A program made the translations under genes and the position numbers. From Sedimentisphaerales bacterium (lineage in GTDB: Bacteria > Planctomycetota > Phycisphaerae > Sedimentisphaerales > SM23-30), in contig CAXXFK010000013.1 of NCBI GenBank assembly GCA_963663965.2, positions 96,001-160,000 of the forward strand: DNA of 64,000 nucleotides, in the 5' to 3' direction. Every line of letters begins with the position of its first letter. Position 1 is the stretch's first letter. Positions 1-10,563 of this stretch are shown one piece after another. Below the pieces are notes generated by a model. It ran no database searches and was not told the origin of the DNA. It worked only from the letters and a program-made list of their open reading frames with translations.

Positions 1-133
1 CCCAGCTCTCGCCAATGACGGCGCCCGCCGGCAACGCCTTTCCGAATCGCTCGGCCAGTTTGCGGCCGCCCCAGATACGGGTTTTAAATAAAGGTTGACA
101 TTTCAATGGATATAATTTTTCTCGTGGGGTCAT
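1..133 (-). CDS. manA: Mannose-6-phosphate isomerase class I, N-terminal part (runs off window)
   Basis: Manual translation MTPREKLYPLKCQPLFKTRIWGGRKLAERFGKALPAGAVIGESW fits the YPLK..WGG..IGESW N-terminus of type I PMI; alternative ATG at 166. Confidence 0.8.
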   Translation of the reverse strand, partial: MTPREKLYPLKCQPLFKTRIWGGRKLAERFGKALPAGAVIGESW

Positions 134-397
134 CGGGTTCTCCCGGGGGTTTTGTCTGGATTTCATATTTCAACGGTAAGGCTGGACGCCATTATAATCC
201 GGTGAAAATTTCATTCAATGGTTGTGATTGAAAATCACTATAAAAAAGCTCAAACAGCGCCTCAATGGTTGAAACGGATCCTTAGCTATCTTAACTTGCG
301 GGCTATTTCGTTTTTTTAGTGACCCATACCGGAAAATCGGACACAGGTTGGCCTATAATGATATAGTTGATATTATGTCAGATTTAGAGGAATTATC

Positions 398-2074
398 ATG
401 ACCACGATCAATCGTTACAGCCAACGGATCACCCAACCCAAATCACAGGGCGCCTCCCAGGCCATGTTATACGCGACCGGTTTGACCGATGCGGATATGG
501 CCCGCGCTCAGGTCGGAATCGCCGCCATGTGGTATGAAGGCAACCCCTGCAATATGCACCTGAACGATCTGGCCGCCGCCGTCAAAACCGGCATTCAGGA
601 ATCGGACCTGGTGGGCCTGCAATTTAATACCATTGGTGTCAGTGACGGCATCAGTATGGGCACCGATGGCATGAGTTACTCACTCCAATCGCGCGAGCTG
701 ATTGCGGATTCCATCGAGACCGTCGTGGGCGCGCATTGGCTGGATGGCTGTGTCTGTATTCCGGGTTGCGATAAGAATATGCCCGGCTGCATGATCGCGC
801 TGGCCCGTCTCAACCGGCCGGGCATCGTGATCTACGGCGGCACCATTCAACCTGGTAAACTGGATGGCAAACCATTGGATGTCGTATCGGCGTTTCAGTC
901 GTATGGTGAATACATCGCCGGACGCATCGATGAATCGACCCGTCATAAAATCGTCCGGTGCAGTTGTCCCGGACCGGGCGCTTGCGGCGGCATGTATACC
1001 GCCAATACCATGGCCTCGGCCATCGAAGCCATGGGTATGAGTCTGCCGTTCAGTTCATCCACGCCCGCGGTCGATCCGGCCAAACGCGATGAATGCCACT
1101 CGGTGGGCCGGGCCATGCGGTTGTTACTGGAGCGCGATATCAAGCCGCGCGATATCATGACCCGCGCCGCCTTCGAAAATGCCCTGGTGGTCGTCATGGC
1201 GCTGGGCGGCTCTACCAATGCCGTCCTGCATCTGCTGGCCATGGCGCGCGCCGCGGATATCACCTTAACCCTGGATGATATCCAGGCGGTGAGTGATCGT
1301 ATCCCGGTTTTGGGCGATATGAAACCCAGCGGCCGGTATGTTCAGGAAGATTTGCATCATGTCGGCGGTTTGCCGGCCGTCATGCGTCTGCTGCTGGCCA
1401 AAGGCCTGTTAAATGGCGACTGCCTCACCGTTACCGGCCGGACCTTACAGGAAAATCTGGAGCAGGCCGCCGATTTGAAACCCGGCCAGCAGGTGATCCT
1501 GCCCCTGGAACACCCGGTAAAAGCCACCGGTCATATCCAGATCCTGCGGGGCAATCTGGCCCCGGACGGCGCCGTCGCCAAAATCAGCGGGAAGGAAGGC
1601 CAGCGGTTTTCCGGCCCGGCCAAAGTCTTCGATAGCGAAGAAGCCATGCTGGCCGCGTTGGAAACCGGTCAGATACACAAAGGCGATGTTGTCGTGATCC
1701 GCTACGAAGGCCCCAAGGGAGGCCCCGGTATGCCCGAAATGTTAACGCCCACTTCGGCGATCATGGGGGCCGGCCTGGGCAAAGACGTGGCGCTCCTGAC
1801 CGATGGCCGGTTCTCCGGCGGCAGCCACGGATTCATCGTCGGCCATATCACGCCCGAAGCCCAGGAGGGCGGACCCATCGCGCTCATTCAGGATGGCGAC
1901 ACCATCACCATCGACGCCACCCGCAATGCGATCGAGGTGGATCTCACTGAGGCGGAACTGTCACGCCGTCAGAACCAATGGACCATGCCGCCCTACAAGG
2001 CCAGTTGCGGTACCTTGTACAAGTTTATTAAAAATGTCGCTTCGGCATCCGAGGGCTGTGTAACCGACCGCTAA
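398..2074 (+). CDS. ilvD: Dihydroxy-acid dehydratase
   Basis: [53 protein letters not shown] motifs; SD GAGG. Confidence 0.98.
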   Translation: MTTINRYSQRITQPKSQGASQAMLYATGLTDADMARAQVGIAAMWYEGNPCNMHLNDLAAAVKTGIQESDLVGLQFNTIGVSDGISMGTDGMSYSLQSRELIADSIETVVGAHWLDGCVCIPGCDKNMPGCMIALARLNRPGIVIYGGTIQPGKLDGKPLDVVSAFQSYGEYIAGRIDESTRHKIVRCSCPGPGACGGMYTANTMASAIEAMGMSLPFSSSTPAVDPAKRDECHSVGRAMRLLLERDIKPRDIMTRAAFENALVVVMALGGSTNAVLHLLAMARAADITLTLDDIQAVSDRIPVLGDMKPSGRYVQEDLHHVGGLPAVMRLLLAKGLLNGDCLTVTGRTLQENLEQAADLKPGQQVILPLEHPVKATGHIQILRGNLAPDGAVAKISGKEGQRFSGPAKVFDSEEAMLAALETGQIHKGDVVVIRYEGPKGGPGMPEMLTPTSAIMGAGLGKDVALLTDGRFSGGSHGFIVGHITPEAQEGGPIALIQDGDTITIDATRNAIEVDLTEAELSRRQNQWTMPPYKASCGTLYKFIKNVASASEGCVTDR

Positions 2075-3291
2075 TCTCTGGTTGCTTTGATGTCAACAGC
2101 AGATATCTCGATCATCCTGAAGGTTTTCCTGGCAGGATCAACCAGGAATTTATTGGGACAGAAACCCTGCGTCACTTGAGGATCTTTCTTCTCAAAATAG
2201 CTGGGATCCAGACACTCCTGTTCTGAAGCCACCGGCTTGAGCAGGTTGCCATCATCGGAAAATATCCAGAGACGATCGGTATTGATTTCCTGAATAAACG
2301 ATTCCGGCGTGAATTGTTCCGGCAAAGCCGGGCTTGCCAGGGGCGTCAGCTGCCCACTTGGAATGTGAAAGCGATACAGGGCAAAATCCTGCGAGCCGTC
2401 CGGTGGCCCGGCAATAATCATTAACGCGTCTTTCTCAGGGATAAACTCGATCGCCCGGATACCCCGCTTATCCAGATCCAGCAGGATGGGTTGGCCCAAT
2501 ACCGCCGATTGCTCGGATTGGATCATATCCTGGATATTATGTATGGATATCAGAATCGCTTTTTTGCGGCCATCGACCGGATCCCGGTATAACGGATTGC
2601 GCAACCCAATCACCAGCTGGTTGCGCCCGGGGATATAAGCCAACCCTTCGATATTCAGGCCGTCTTTTTTCGGGGCAAGCTTCTCGCGTTCTTTTTTCGA
2701 CAGACGACTGTCGTCCGCCGGCCCAATGGCTTTATCCAGCTGCAGAAAACTCAAGATCGGCGCCGTGCCCAGATCGGTCAACAGCCGGGTATAGGGCTTT
2801 CCGGTTGGGGTTAATACCGGCGTGGCCGTGGCTGCTCCCTGGCCCGGCTCCGGCCGGCCGGCGATCTCCAGGGCAAAGATCCGGCAGCGGCTTTCCCGTC
2901 GCCGCCCGTTTTTATTGCGACCATGTGAAGTGATCCACCAGCTGAGGTTCTGATACCGGCAGGCGCCTTCAATATCGGATTCGGGCTCTTCCGGATCGAC
3001 GTTCAAAAATTCGCTCAGATCCAGCTCCGCCACCGGCCCCGACTGATCGATTCGATAACTCCGAATCCTATTACTCTCATCGCTGGTCGCGGCAAAAGTC
3101 ATGGCCCCCAACGGTATCACCGCCGACACATCGCTGAACTGGCGATATTCCCGCACCGCCGCCAACGCCGGCGAACAGGCCAGAGTCGCCGTCAGGCAGA
3201 GTACCGCACTGAGAAGGGCAGCGACGGATAACGGCCCGGTTTTCACTGATCCCGCCGGATGCCGATAAAAATAATGATTTTCGGTAAACAT
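2071..3291 (-). CDS. Secreted DUF3616-like beta-propeller protein
   Basis: Signal-like N-terminus; [33 protein letters not shown] motifs. Confidence 0.75.
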   Translation of the reverse strand: MFTENHYFYRHPAGSVKTGPLSVAALLSAVLCLTATLACSPALAAVREYRQFSDVSAVIPLGAMTFAATSDESNRIRSYRIDQSGPVAELDLSEFLNVDPEEPESDIEGACRYQNLSWWITSHGRNKNGRRRESRCRIFALEIAGRPEPGQGAATATPVLTPTGKPYTRLLTDLGTAPILSFLQLDKAIGPADDSRLSKKEREKLAPKKDGLNIEGLAYIPGRNQLVIGLRNPLYRDPVDGRKKAILISIHNIQDMIQSEQSAVLGQPILLDLDKRGIRAIEFIPEKDALMIIAGPPDGSQDFALYRFHIPSGQLTPLASPALPEQFTPESFIQEINTDRLWIFSDDGNLLKPVASEQECLDPSYFEKKDPQVTQGFCPNKFLVDPARKTFRMIEISAVDIKATRD

Positions 3292-3461
3292 ACCTCATTC
3301 CTGGGTCTGGTCGTTACTGAGTTTATTAGGCGCTCTCAAAAATAGCGCTATTACATTAACGGCTTCTATCGACCTTTTATTTCCCATCTACCCTGTCTCC
3401 CAAATAAATGACCGGCATTACCGATATCTCATAACCGATGGAAAACTCCCGCCCAATCGCC

Positions 3462-3489
3462 GTAGAGACGCAATGCATTGCGTCTCTAC
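3462..3489. repeat. GTAG-type REP palindrome
   Basis: Perfect 28-bp palindrome GTAGAGACGCAATGCATTGCGTCTCTAC just downstream of the GLUG gene. Confidence 0.8.
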
Positions 3490-3532
3490 AGAATGCCAGA
3501 CACCATACGTTATCCTCCATACAATGGAATTA

Positions 3533-6500
3533 CTAATTCTCCAGCCAATAGGCTACAACCTCCATCAGATCATCCATCCCAAGCGCATCCAGCCATTCCG
3601 CCGATACTGCCGCGTAATCTTCCATATCCACACCATAACTCCCCGTCGTATCCCCGGGTATATCCCGCTGCCACCAGAGCATGGGATAGCCCGTTGCTTG
3701 ATAGGGCATATGCCAGGTATTATCAAAATCCCAACCTGCATTGAGAAACGTATTCACATCTTGCATCTCGGCGGTGGATTTACCAGTACCGCCATCACTA
3801 ATTAACCATCCGGAAGTTTCTGTATCCCAAAAACAGTTACTGATAGTACCAGCATATTTATATCCTACCAGCCCCCCGACATTATTGCCGCTACCAGTAA
3901 CCTCTCCGGTGGCATAACTACAATTGATTGTGCCAGAAGAATTATTATATACAACATTCCAACCCACCAATCCGCCGATATATTCAGTACCAGCAACTGC
4001 TCCGTTAGCATAGCTGCTACTGATTTTTCCAGAATTAATCCCCACCAAACCACCCAAACGAATATCACCATAAACAAGTCCAGTGGCATAACTGCAATTG
4101 ATAGTGCCAGAATTAATCCCTATTAGCCCCCCGACAACTTCAGTACCAGTAACCGCTCCGTTAGCATAACTGTAGCTGATAGTGCCAGAATTCCAACCCA
4201 CTAACCCACCGACATTATCATAGCCATTAACTTTCTCGGTGGCATAACTGTAGCTGATAGTGCCAGAATTCCAACCCACTAACCCACCGACATTATCATA
4301 GCCATTAACTTCCTCGGTGGTATAACTGTAGCTGATAGTACCAGAATTCCAACCCACTAACCCACCGACATTATCATAGCCATTAACCGCTCCGATGGAA
4401 TAGCTTGTGTTAATTGTGCCATAATAATTTTTACCTACCATTCCGCCGACGAAACTACCCCCACCAATATCATTATTTATTAATGCCAGATTATTTATCG
4501 AGCCATACAATGTGCTGAAAAGACCTATATTGTCTAAATTTGCCGCTATGGTCAGATTGGAGATGCTATGGCCGTTGCCGTTGAATATCCCATTAAAGGT
4601 TTCTGGAATAAACGCTTCCGTATAGGTTGTTCCGGTGAGATCTATGTCATTTTCCATACGGTAATAGCCAATGCGCAAGGTCGAATTATTTCTGAATTCC
4701 AGGATATCTTCAATGCTGGCAATAATAAAAGGATCATCCGCATAACCTGTACCACTCAGTGTGGTAGCGATATGATGTAAAGGTGGTTCAAGACCAGGTG
4801 CTTCCTGCCAGGTGAGTCTGGGCATATGACCCGCTTCAATAGTCCAGTAATCATTTGTGCCGTCAGAGCCATTACCAGCGAAGTCAAAACCAATAAAACT
4901 CTGCTGATCAACAATTTGACTATCATCCAGAGCCGTTCCATAACCATTATTCGGCCCGCCAAATAGATAAAAATAACTTGCGCTAGTTGTACCCCCAAAG
5001 GTCAACCCACCAACATTGTTGCTACCAGTAACCATCCCGGCAGCATAACTACTACTAATCGTGCTACGATAATTATTTCCTATCAGTCCACCGATATAAT
5101 CGCCACTACCAGTAACATTTCCAGTAGCATAGCTATTGCTAATTTCATTATAACCATAATCGCTACCGCCCACCAATCCACCGACAAGATTATTACCATA
5201 AACAGATCCAGTGGCATAACTACTGCTAATTACACCTCCATCACCCGCCAATCCGCCGACATGAGTCCAACCATTAACCGGCCCAGTGGTATAGCTGCTG
5301 CTAATTACGCCACCATACCCCGCCAATCCACCTACATAACTAATACCAATAGCTGCCCCAATGGTATGACAATTGCTGATTACACCGACATTACCAATTA
5401 GCCCACCCACGTAATAACTACCATTAACAGTACCGGTGGTGTAACAATTGCTGATTTTGTAAGCATCACCCGCCAGTCCACCCACATAGTTACTACCATT
5501 AACAGTGCCAGTAGTATAACTATTACTGATTATGCTATAATTACTATAACCTACCATTCCGCCGACGAAACTACCCCCACCAATATCATTATTTATTAAT
5601 GCCAGATTATTTATCGAGCCATACAATGTGCTGAAAAGACCTATATTGTCTAAATTTGCCGCTATGGTCAGATTGGAGATGCTATGGCCGTTGCCGTTGA
5701 ATATCCCATTAAAGGTTTCTGGAATAAACGCTTCCGTATAGGTTGTTCCGGTGAGATCTATGTCATTTTCCATACGGTAATAGCCAATGCGCAAGGTCGA
5801 ATTATTTCTGAATTCCAGGATATCTTCAATGCTGGCAATAATAAAAGGATCATCCGCATAACCTGTACCACTCAGTGTGGTAGCGATATGATGTAAAGGT
5901 GGTTCAAGACCAGGTGCTTCCTGCCAGGTGAGTCTGGGCATATGACCCGCTTCAATAGTCCAGTAATCATTTGTGCCGTCAGAGCTATTACCAGCGAAGT
6001 CAAAACCAATAAAACTCTGCTGATCAACAATTTGACTATCATCCAGAGCCGTTCCATAACCATTATTCGGCCCGCCAAATAGATAAAAATAACTATAACT
6101 GATGGTACCGCGATAGCTAGATCCCACCAACCCGCCAATATTCAAGCCATTACCAAAAACTTTCACGGTGGAATAACTTACACTGATTGTGCCATAATCA
6201 TTAAATCCCACTAGCCCACCGACACTACTATAGCCATTAGTTGTTCCGGAGGTATAACTATTACTGATTGTGCCATAATTATTGTATCCTATCAATCCAC
6301 CGACAAGATTGTGGCCAAAAATATTCACGGATATCAGACTAAGGTTGTTTATCACAGCAGCAGAAGTAGTATATCCAATCAGCCCAATATAATCTCTGCT
6401 AGTGCCATTAATAGTCAGATTACTAACTATGTGGCCATTACCATTAAATTTGCCATTAAATTGAGTCCCAGTAAAACCACTATTCGTATTGATATCCGGG

Positions 6501-6727
6501 GCGATGACTGCACGGGTGAAAGTATAACCAGCCAAGTCGATATTGGCGGTTAAAATGAAGAATTTGCTGTAATGAGTAGTAGTCTTACCCAGATTGATCA
6601 AATCCGTAGCAGTAGCTATCTGATAGGGATCGGATTCAGTACCAGAACCCCCGGAATACTGCCCCAATAGACACCCACCATCAATCAAAATAACAATCAC
6701 CATCAAAACAACCGCATTTTTAACCAT
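3533..6727 (-). CDS. Secreted GLUG-repeat protein with dockerin-like C-terminus
   Basis: Signal peptide, GSGTxxDPYQI motif, many VGGLVG 26-aa repeats, C-terminal GD..VDMEDY..WL. Confidence 0.9.
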   Translation of the reverse strand: MVKNAVVLMVIVILIDGGCLLGQYSGGSGTESDPYQIATATDLINLGKTTTHYSKFFILTANIDLAGYTFTRAVIAPDINTNSGFTGTQFNGKFNGNGHIVSNLTINGTSRDYIGLIGYTTSAAVINNLSLISVNIFGHNLVGGLIGYNNYGTISNSYTSGTTNGYSSVGGLVGFNDYGTISVSYSTVKVFGNGLNIGGLVGSSYRGTISYSYFYLFGGPNNGYGTALDDSQIVDQQSFIGFDFAGNSSDGTNDYWTIEAGHMPRLTWQEAPGLEPPLHHIATTLSGTGYADDPFIIASIEDILEFRNNSTLRIGYYRMENDIDLTGTTYTEAFIPETFNGIFNGNGHSISNLTIAANLDNIGLFSTLYGSINNLALINNDIGGGSFVGGMVGYSNYSIISNSYTTGTVNGSNYVGGLAGDAYKISNCYTTGTVNGSYYVGGLIGNVGVISNCHTIGAAIGISYVGGLAGYGGVISSSYTTGPVNGWTHVGGLAGDGGVISSSYATGSVYGNNLVGGLVGGSDYGYNEISNSYATGNVTGSGDYIGGLIGNNYRSTISSSYAAGMVTGSNNVGGLTFGGTTSASYFYLFGGPNNGYGTALDDSQIVDQQSFIGFDFAGNGSDGTNDYWTIEAGHMPRLTWQEAPGLEPPLHHIATTLSGTGYADDPFIIASIEDILEFRNNSTLRIGYYRMENDIDLTGTTYTEAFIPETFNGIFNGNGHSISNLTIAANLDNIGLFSTLYGSINNLALINNDIGGGSFVGGMVGKNYYGTINTSYSIGAVNGYDNVGGLVGWNSGTISYSYTTEEVNGYDNVGGLVGWNSGTISYSYATEKVNGYDNVGGLVGWNSGTISYSYANGAVTGTEVVGGLIGINSGTINCSYATGLVYGDIRLGGLVGINSGKISSSYANGAVAGTEYIGGLVGWNVVYNNSSGTINCSYATGEVTGSGNNVGGLVGYKYAGTISNCFWDTETSGWLISDGGTGKSTAEMQDVNTFLNAGWDFDNTWHMPYQATGYPMLWWQRDIPGDTTGSYGVDMEDYAAVSAEWLDALGMDDLMEVVAYWLEN
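4166..4387. repeat. 78-bp tandem repeat, ~2.9 copies (GLUG units)
   Basis: Near-identical units start at 4166, 4244 and 4322 and encode VNGYDNVGGLVGWNSGTISYSY. Confidence 0.95.
4433..6094. repeat. Intragenic 546-bp direct duplication (4433-4978 = 5549-6094)
   Basis: Offset 1116 bp, in frame; only one mismatch seen (4870/5986). Confidence 0.95.
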
Positions 6728-6959
6728 GATCCAGCTCCTAAATGTTTAAATAGATAAGTTATTCCTACAAACTACCCAAATTGCATTGATTGCAGCTATT
6801 TCATTATAATCATATCAGAAGGAAAAAACAATCGTGGCAACTACGGTATCATTGCATTTTATAACCTCCTGTTCTGGGGGTAGATGAGTCTGTCCGGCTT
6901 GATAAATCGAATAGGCAGTAAACCCGTTCTACGCTTAAGGTTAGGTCGATATTTTACCA

Positions 6960-7635
6960 TGTTGGCTTCGTTTGGTTTTGGATTAGTGTCGCTGCTCTCA
7001 TGGTTTTTTCCTTTCTTTGCGAGAAATACTGTCAATAGTGCCTTGGGGAGGCGGTGGTTAAAAGTAGCAAACTGGAAGTAGCAAGTAGTATATTTTTCAC
7101 GCCAATGAATTGGTGGGTTATTCACGGTTATCTCCTTCTGAGGCGGACCTTCGGCCTGCGGGGTATTATTGGTATCCGCCGGAGGGCGGATGGTCAGTTT
7201 TATCTATCGCTTCAGAGCGATATTCTGGCGGTTCGCCTCTGCGAGGCGTGGTAAAAAATTTTCAAATTCATGTTCGTTACCCAGGGTGGCGCTTGTCCCG
7301 TTACACGGAACTCGCTGACCCTCATAGGGCTATTGTATGCCGGTCCGTTGGGCTGCTTTGGGTTTTCGCCAGTCGGCGGAATGTTAATTTTCATTTTTGT
7401 TAAGCTCAATTAAATTGGAACTCACAGGGCGATAAATCCACCCACAAGCTGCGCTTGAAGGGTGCCACCCAAGGGATAAAGAATATTTTGTTAAGATCAA
7501 TTTATTGTTGAGGTTAGGGTGTTATTTTCTTGTGTTGGCTTCGTTTGGTTTTGGTTGGTATTGGTTACGATCATGGTTTTTTCCTTTTTCTTTTGCGAGA
7601 CATCTGTCGGTACGGCTCGGAGAGGCGGGGGTTAA
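6960..7635. repeat. Two diverged ~100-bp direct repeats (6960-7062, 7533-7635) with REP-like palindromes between them
   Basis: Shared TGTTGGCTTCGTTTGGTTTTGG...CATGGTTTTTTCCTTT...GCGAGA...GAGGCGGnGGTTAA; ACCCAGGGTGGCGC..CGCTGACCCT hairpin near 7279-7322. Confidence 0.85.
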
Positions 7636-7694
7636 TTTTATCACGCTGAACTCCGTACGTTATTATTGAGCGTGGGCGGTGGCCGGCCTGTGTT

Positions 7695-8480
7695 TTAGTA
7701 GTGACGGCATTGGAGGGTGGTGTCGGTTGGGGTGTCCTGGGAATTTTCTGCCGGCGTGAATGGTTTTATGTCATTGTTATAATTTTGGTTATAGTCGTGA
7801 TTATTGGTGTTGGGTTCGTTTGGCGCTGGGGGATAGTTGGAGTGGTTGGGGTTGTATTGATGGGGTGTTTGGTTCAAAGGATCGGGATGAGATTCGTAGC
7901 GTTCGTAGCTGGAAGTGTGGTGGTAGTTATGGGTTGGTTTGTCTGTTTCTAAGTTGTTGTTATTATTTGTTTTATGGTCGAATTTGCCGATTTTGGGTTC
8001 GTTTGGCATTGGTTGGGTTTCGGGTTCGTTGTCTGGTTTGGGGGTGGCGTTGGGGTCGCATTGGATGGCGGGGGTGATCTGGTAGCCGGCTTCGAAGAGG
8101 ATTTCTTTGGATTGCTGGATGATCTGCTGGTATTCCAGGTCGGTGGGCGGGCCATCGGGGAGGCAATCTTTGAAGGAGTTGGAAACGGTGATGAATTGCT
8201 GGATGAGTTGGGCGGTGGCGCGGCGGGCGGTGACATTATTGTCAGAACGGGACTGGACGACGAGGCGTTGGAGGGCCTGGTGGCCGGCCCGGGTGGCGCG
8301 GAGTTTATAGTCGCGGCGGTCGTAGGCGATCAGGCCGGCCAGTTCGCAGTGGTAGGAATGGGTGTCGATGATGTACTGGTGTTGGCGGCGGGTGGTGTTG
8401 ATGGTGGCGAGGAAAATGTCATTGATTTCGGGGCGGTGGTAGTATTGGGCACGGGCGAGAATTTGCATGGAACGATTCAT
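7695..8480 (-). CDS. Hypothetical protein with N/P/T/H-rich low-complexity C-terminus (PNEPN motifs)
   Basis: Perfect SD AAGGAGGT before ATG; upstream TTTACT-N17-TATAAT. Confidence 0.7.
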   Translation of the reverse strand: MNRSMQILARAQYYHRPEINDIFLATINTTRRQHQYIIDTHSYHCELAGLIAYDRRDYKLRATRAGHQALQRLVVQSRSDNNVTARRATAQLIQQFITVSNSFKDCLPDGPPTDLEYQQIIQQSKEILFEAGYQITPAIQCDPNATPKPDNEPETQPMPNEPKIGKFDHKTNNNNNLETDKPTHNYHHTSSYERYESHPDPLNQTPHQYNPNHSNYPPAPNEPNTNNHDYNQNYNNDIKPFTPAENSQDTPTDTTLQCRHY

Positions 8481-8542
8481 GTTATACCTCCTTTTAACCT
8501 TAATAATGTTTTGTGTTTGACCGTTAGTGGCCGACTGTTGGG

Positions 8543-8571
8543 ATTATAGGCTATATTTTAATAAAAGTAAA
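8543..8571 (-). promoter_or_regulatory. Sigma70-type promoter for 7695..8480
   Basis: TTTACT-N17-TATAAT with an AT-rich UP-like tract. Confidence 0.6.
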
Positions 8572-8660
8572 ATAAATAATAATATTATTTAAAAATAATA
8601 CATAATATAAGAAATTTTCACCATGAAGGTCATGAAGGGCATGAAGGCAAGAGGAAGAAT

Positions 8661-8844
8661 TAACGGCTGATTTAACCGCAGATTGACACAGATAGACGCA
8701 GATAAAAACAGATTTAAGTTATTAAAATAAAATAAGATATGACCACGGAATACACGGAAGGCAATCAGGGTGAAGCAGATGAAATCAAAGGAGATAGAAC
8801 TGCGAAAGGGGCGAAAATAAAGGGTGGCGGGGCCACGAGTTAAA
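8661..8844 (+). repeat. ~185-bp dispersed element with 9-nt-period micro-repeats, copy A
   Basis: Aligns with 32503-32688 (TAACGGC...CGCAGAT...CACGGAA...AATCAGGGT...GAACTGCGAAAGGG...GCCACGAGTTAAA). Confidence 0.85.
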
Positions 8845-10381
8845 ATTTTTCACCCTGAGTCCATAACTGTGCCAGATGTTCGAGTTCTTTAATAATTGGC
8901 TGGGAGGTTGGTTTATGGTACAAGTTGATTTTTTCATCGGGATCGGTTTTCAGATGATAGAGTACGCCGTCTTTATCGGCGATGCGGTTATCCATAAAGA
9001 ATATCAGTTTCCAATCGCGGGTACGGACCATGACACGCCGACCGCCGCCACGCAGTTCTTCATACATACTCTGGCTATGGTCAATTTCGCTGAAACAGGC
9101 CGGCCGCCATTTTTTGACTTTTCCTTGAATCAGCGGCATTAAACTGCGTCCGCGTATGGTTTGGGGGATATCCAAGCCAGACAGTTCCAATAAGGTGGGC
9201 AGGAAGTCGATCATTTCAACGGGTTCATCGATTACTTTGCCTTTGGGCAGCAGGGCCGGGCAACTCAGGATGAGCGGCGATTTGACATTGGCTTCGTAAA
9301 AGACCCGTTTTTTCCAGAGGCCGTGTTCGCCCAACTGGAATCCCTGGTCGGAGTTGATGGCTATAATAGTATTTTCCAGCAGTCCTTTGGATTTGAGGGC
9401 TTCGATCATGCGGCCTACTTGAACATCGGCCAGGGCCACCATGCCGTAATAAGTGCCCCGACATAAATCGATCTGTTTGCGGGTCAGTTCTAGACCACCA
9501 GCATAGGTTCGTAAGGGGCCTTGCTCAAACCTGGATTTACTGTTGAGTTCTTCCTGAGTGGGCAGAGGCAGATCGATTCCGGCCGGATCGATGAAATATT
9601 CCTTGGGTACATAACAGCCGACATGGGGGGCGTGAAAGGAAACCCGCAGAAAAAAAGGTTCATCCGGGTTCAACTTATCGATGGCGGCAACGGCTATATT
9701 GCCCAGTTGCCAGGTTTCGGTATCCTGCGGTTTGATTTTCTCCGTTCTGGCGCCGATCAGCCAGCCATGGGTCGGGGTTTTTACCATTGGCACATCCAGC
9801 GCAGACATATCATCGCCAAAAATCTTTTTAAATGCGGCGGTTGGACGTCCACAGACATCGAGCAGGGGCAGGGCATCTCCCAGACTCTTCCAGGATCTGG
9901 GGAAGCCATGAATTTTACCAATATTGGCGGGCTGGATTCCGGCCGCGGTCCAGCGGTCCAGCAGATTGGGTTCCCGGTCCAGTTGAGCCATTTGTGAGGC
10001 ATTGAGATAATCTCCCGGCGTTTCGGGGGCTTTGCCCATGGCAACGGGTCCGATTTGATGGGCGTAGAAACCGGTTTTCATGCTGCGCCGTGAGGGAACA
10101 CAGACTGGATTTTGCACAATAGCGGTTTCAAATCGAACGCCATTGGCCGCCAATGCATCCATATGGGATGTTTTTGGCCAGGACCGGCCGTAGCAACCCA
10201 GGGCGTCGGCCCGGCCATCATCGAACATGATCCACAGAATATTTGGTCGTTTTCCATTGATAACCGGTTTATGGGATTTATTCAAAACGTTATTCGTTTG
10301 CCGGCAACCTTCGATTAATCCCAGTCCTGCAGTTGCGGCTGAACTGATTCCGATCTTTTTTAAAAAATGGCGTCTGTTCAT
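8840..10381 (-). CDS. Tat-exported Cys-type sulfatase
   Basis: MNRRHFLK Tat motif, PNILWIMFDD, CVPSR (CxPxR), SFHAPH, SDQG, GEHG. Confidence 0.93.
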   Translation of the reverse strand: MNRRHFLKKIGISSAATAGLGLIEGCRQTNNVLNKSHKPVINGKRPNILWIMFDDGRADALGCYGRSWPKTSHMDALAANGVRFETAIVQNPVCVPSRRSMKTGFYAHQIGPVAMGKAPETPGDYLNASQMAQLDREPNLLDRWTAAGIQPANIGKIHGFPRSWKSLGDALPLLDVCGRPTAAFKKIFGDDMSALDVPMVKTPTHGWLIGARTEKIKPQDTETWQLGNIAVAAIDKLNPDEPFFLRVSFHAPHVGCYVPKEYFIDPAGIDLPLPTQEELNSKSRFEQGPLRTYAGGLELTRKQIDLCRGTYYGMVALADVQVGRMIEALKSKGLLENTIIAINSDQGFQLGEHGLWKKRVFYEANVKSPLILSCPALLPKGKVIDEPVEMIDFLPTLLELSGLDIPQTIRGRSLMPLIQGKVKKWRPACFSEIDHSQSMYEELRGGGRRVMVRTRDWKLIFFMDNRIADKDGVLYHLKTDPDEKINLYHKPTSQPIIKELEHLAQLWTQGEKF

Positions 10382-10497
10382 ATTGATGTTCCGGAAAAAT
10401 TGTTCGAGACATATTATCCCATCAGTCTACTTTGTTTTACGGGGATATTGCAATATAAAATATTTTCTGGATAAACAGATCATGAAGCCGGATCAAT

Positions 10498-10528
10498 AAA
10501 AAAAGGCGCCGGCAATAATGCCGACGCC
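10498..10528 (-). terminator. Intrinsic terminator
   Basis: GGCGTCGGCA/TGCCGGCGCC stem plus T tract on the minus strand, downstream of 10564..12723. Confidence 0.75.
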
Positions 10529-10563
10529 CGGTAATGGACATTTAGAAACTATCAAACTGAATC

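Noticed and set aside
4433..6094. Duplication as a DGR template/variable repeat pair
   Set aside because: Only one mismatch, both copies are in frame in one ORF, and there is no reverse transcriptase in the window
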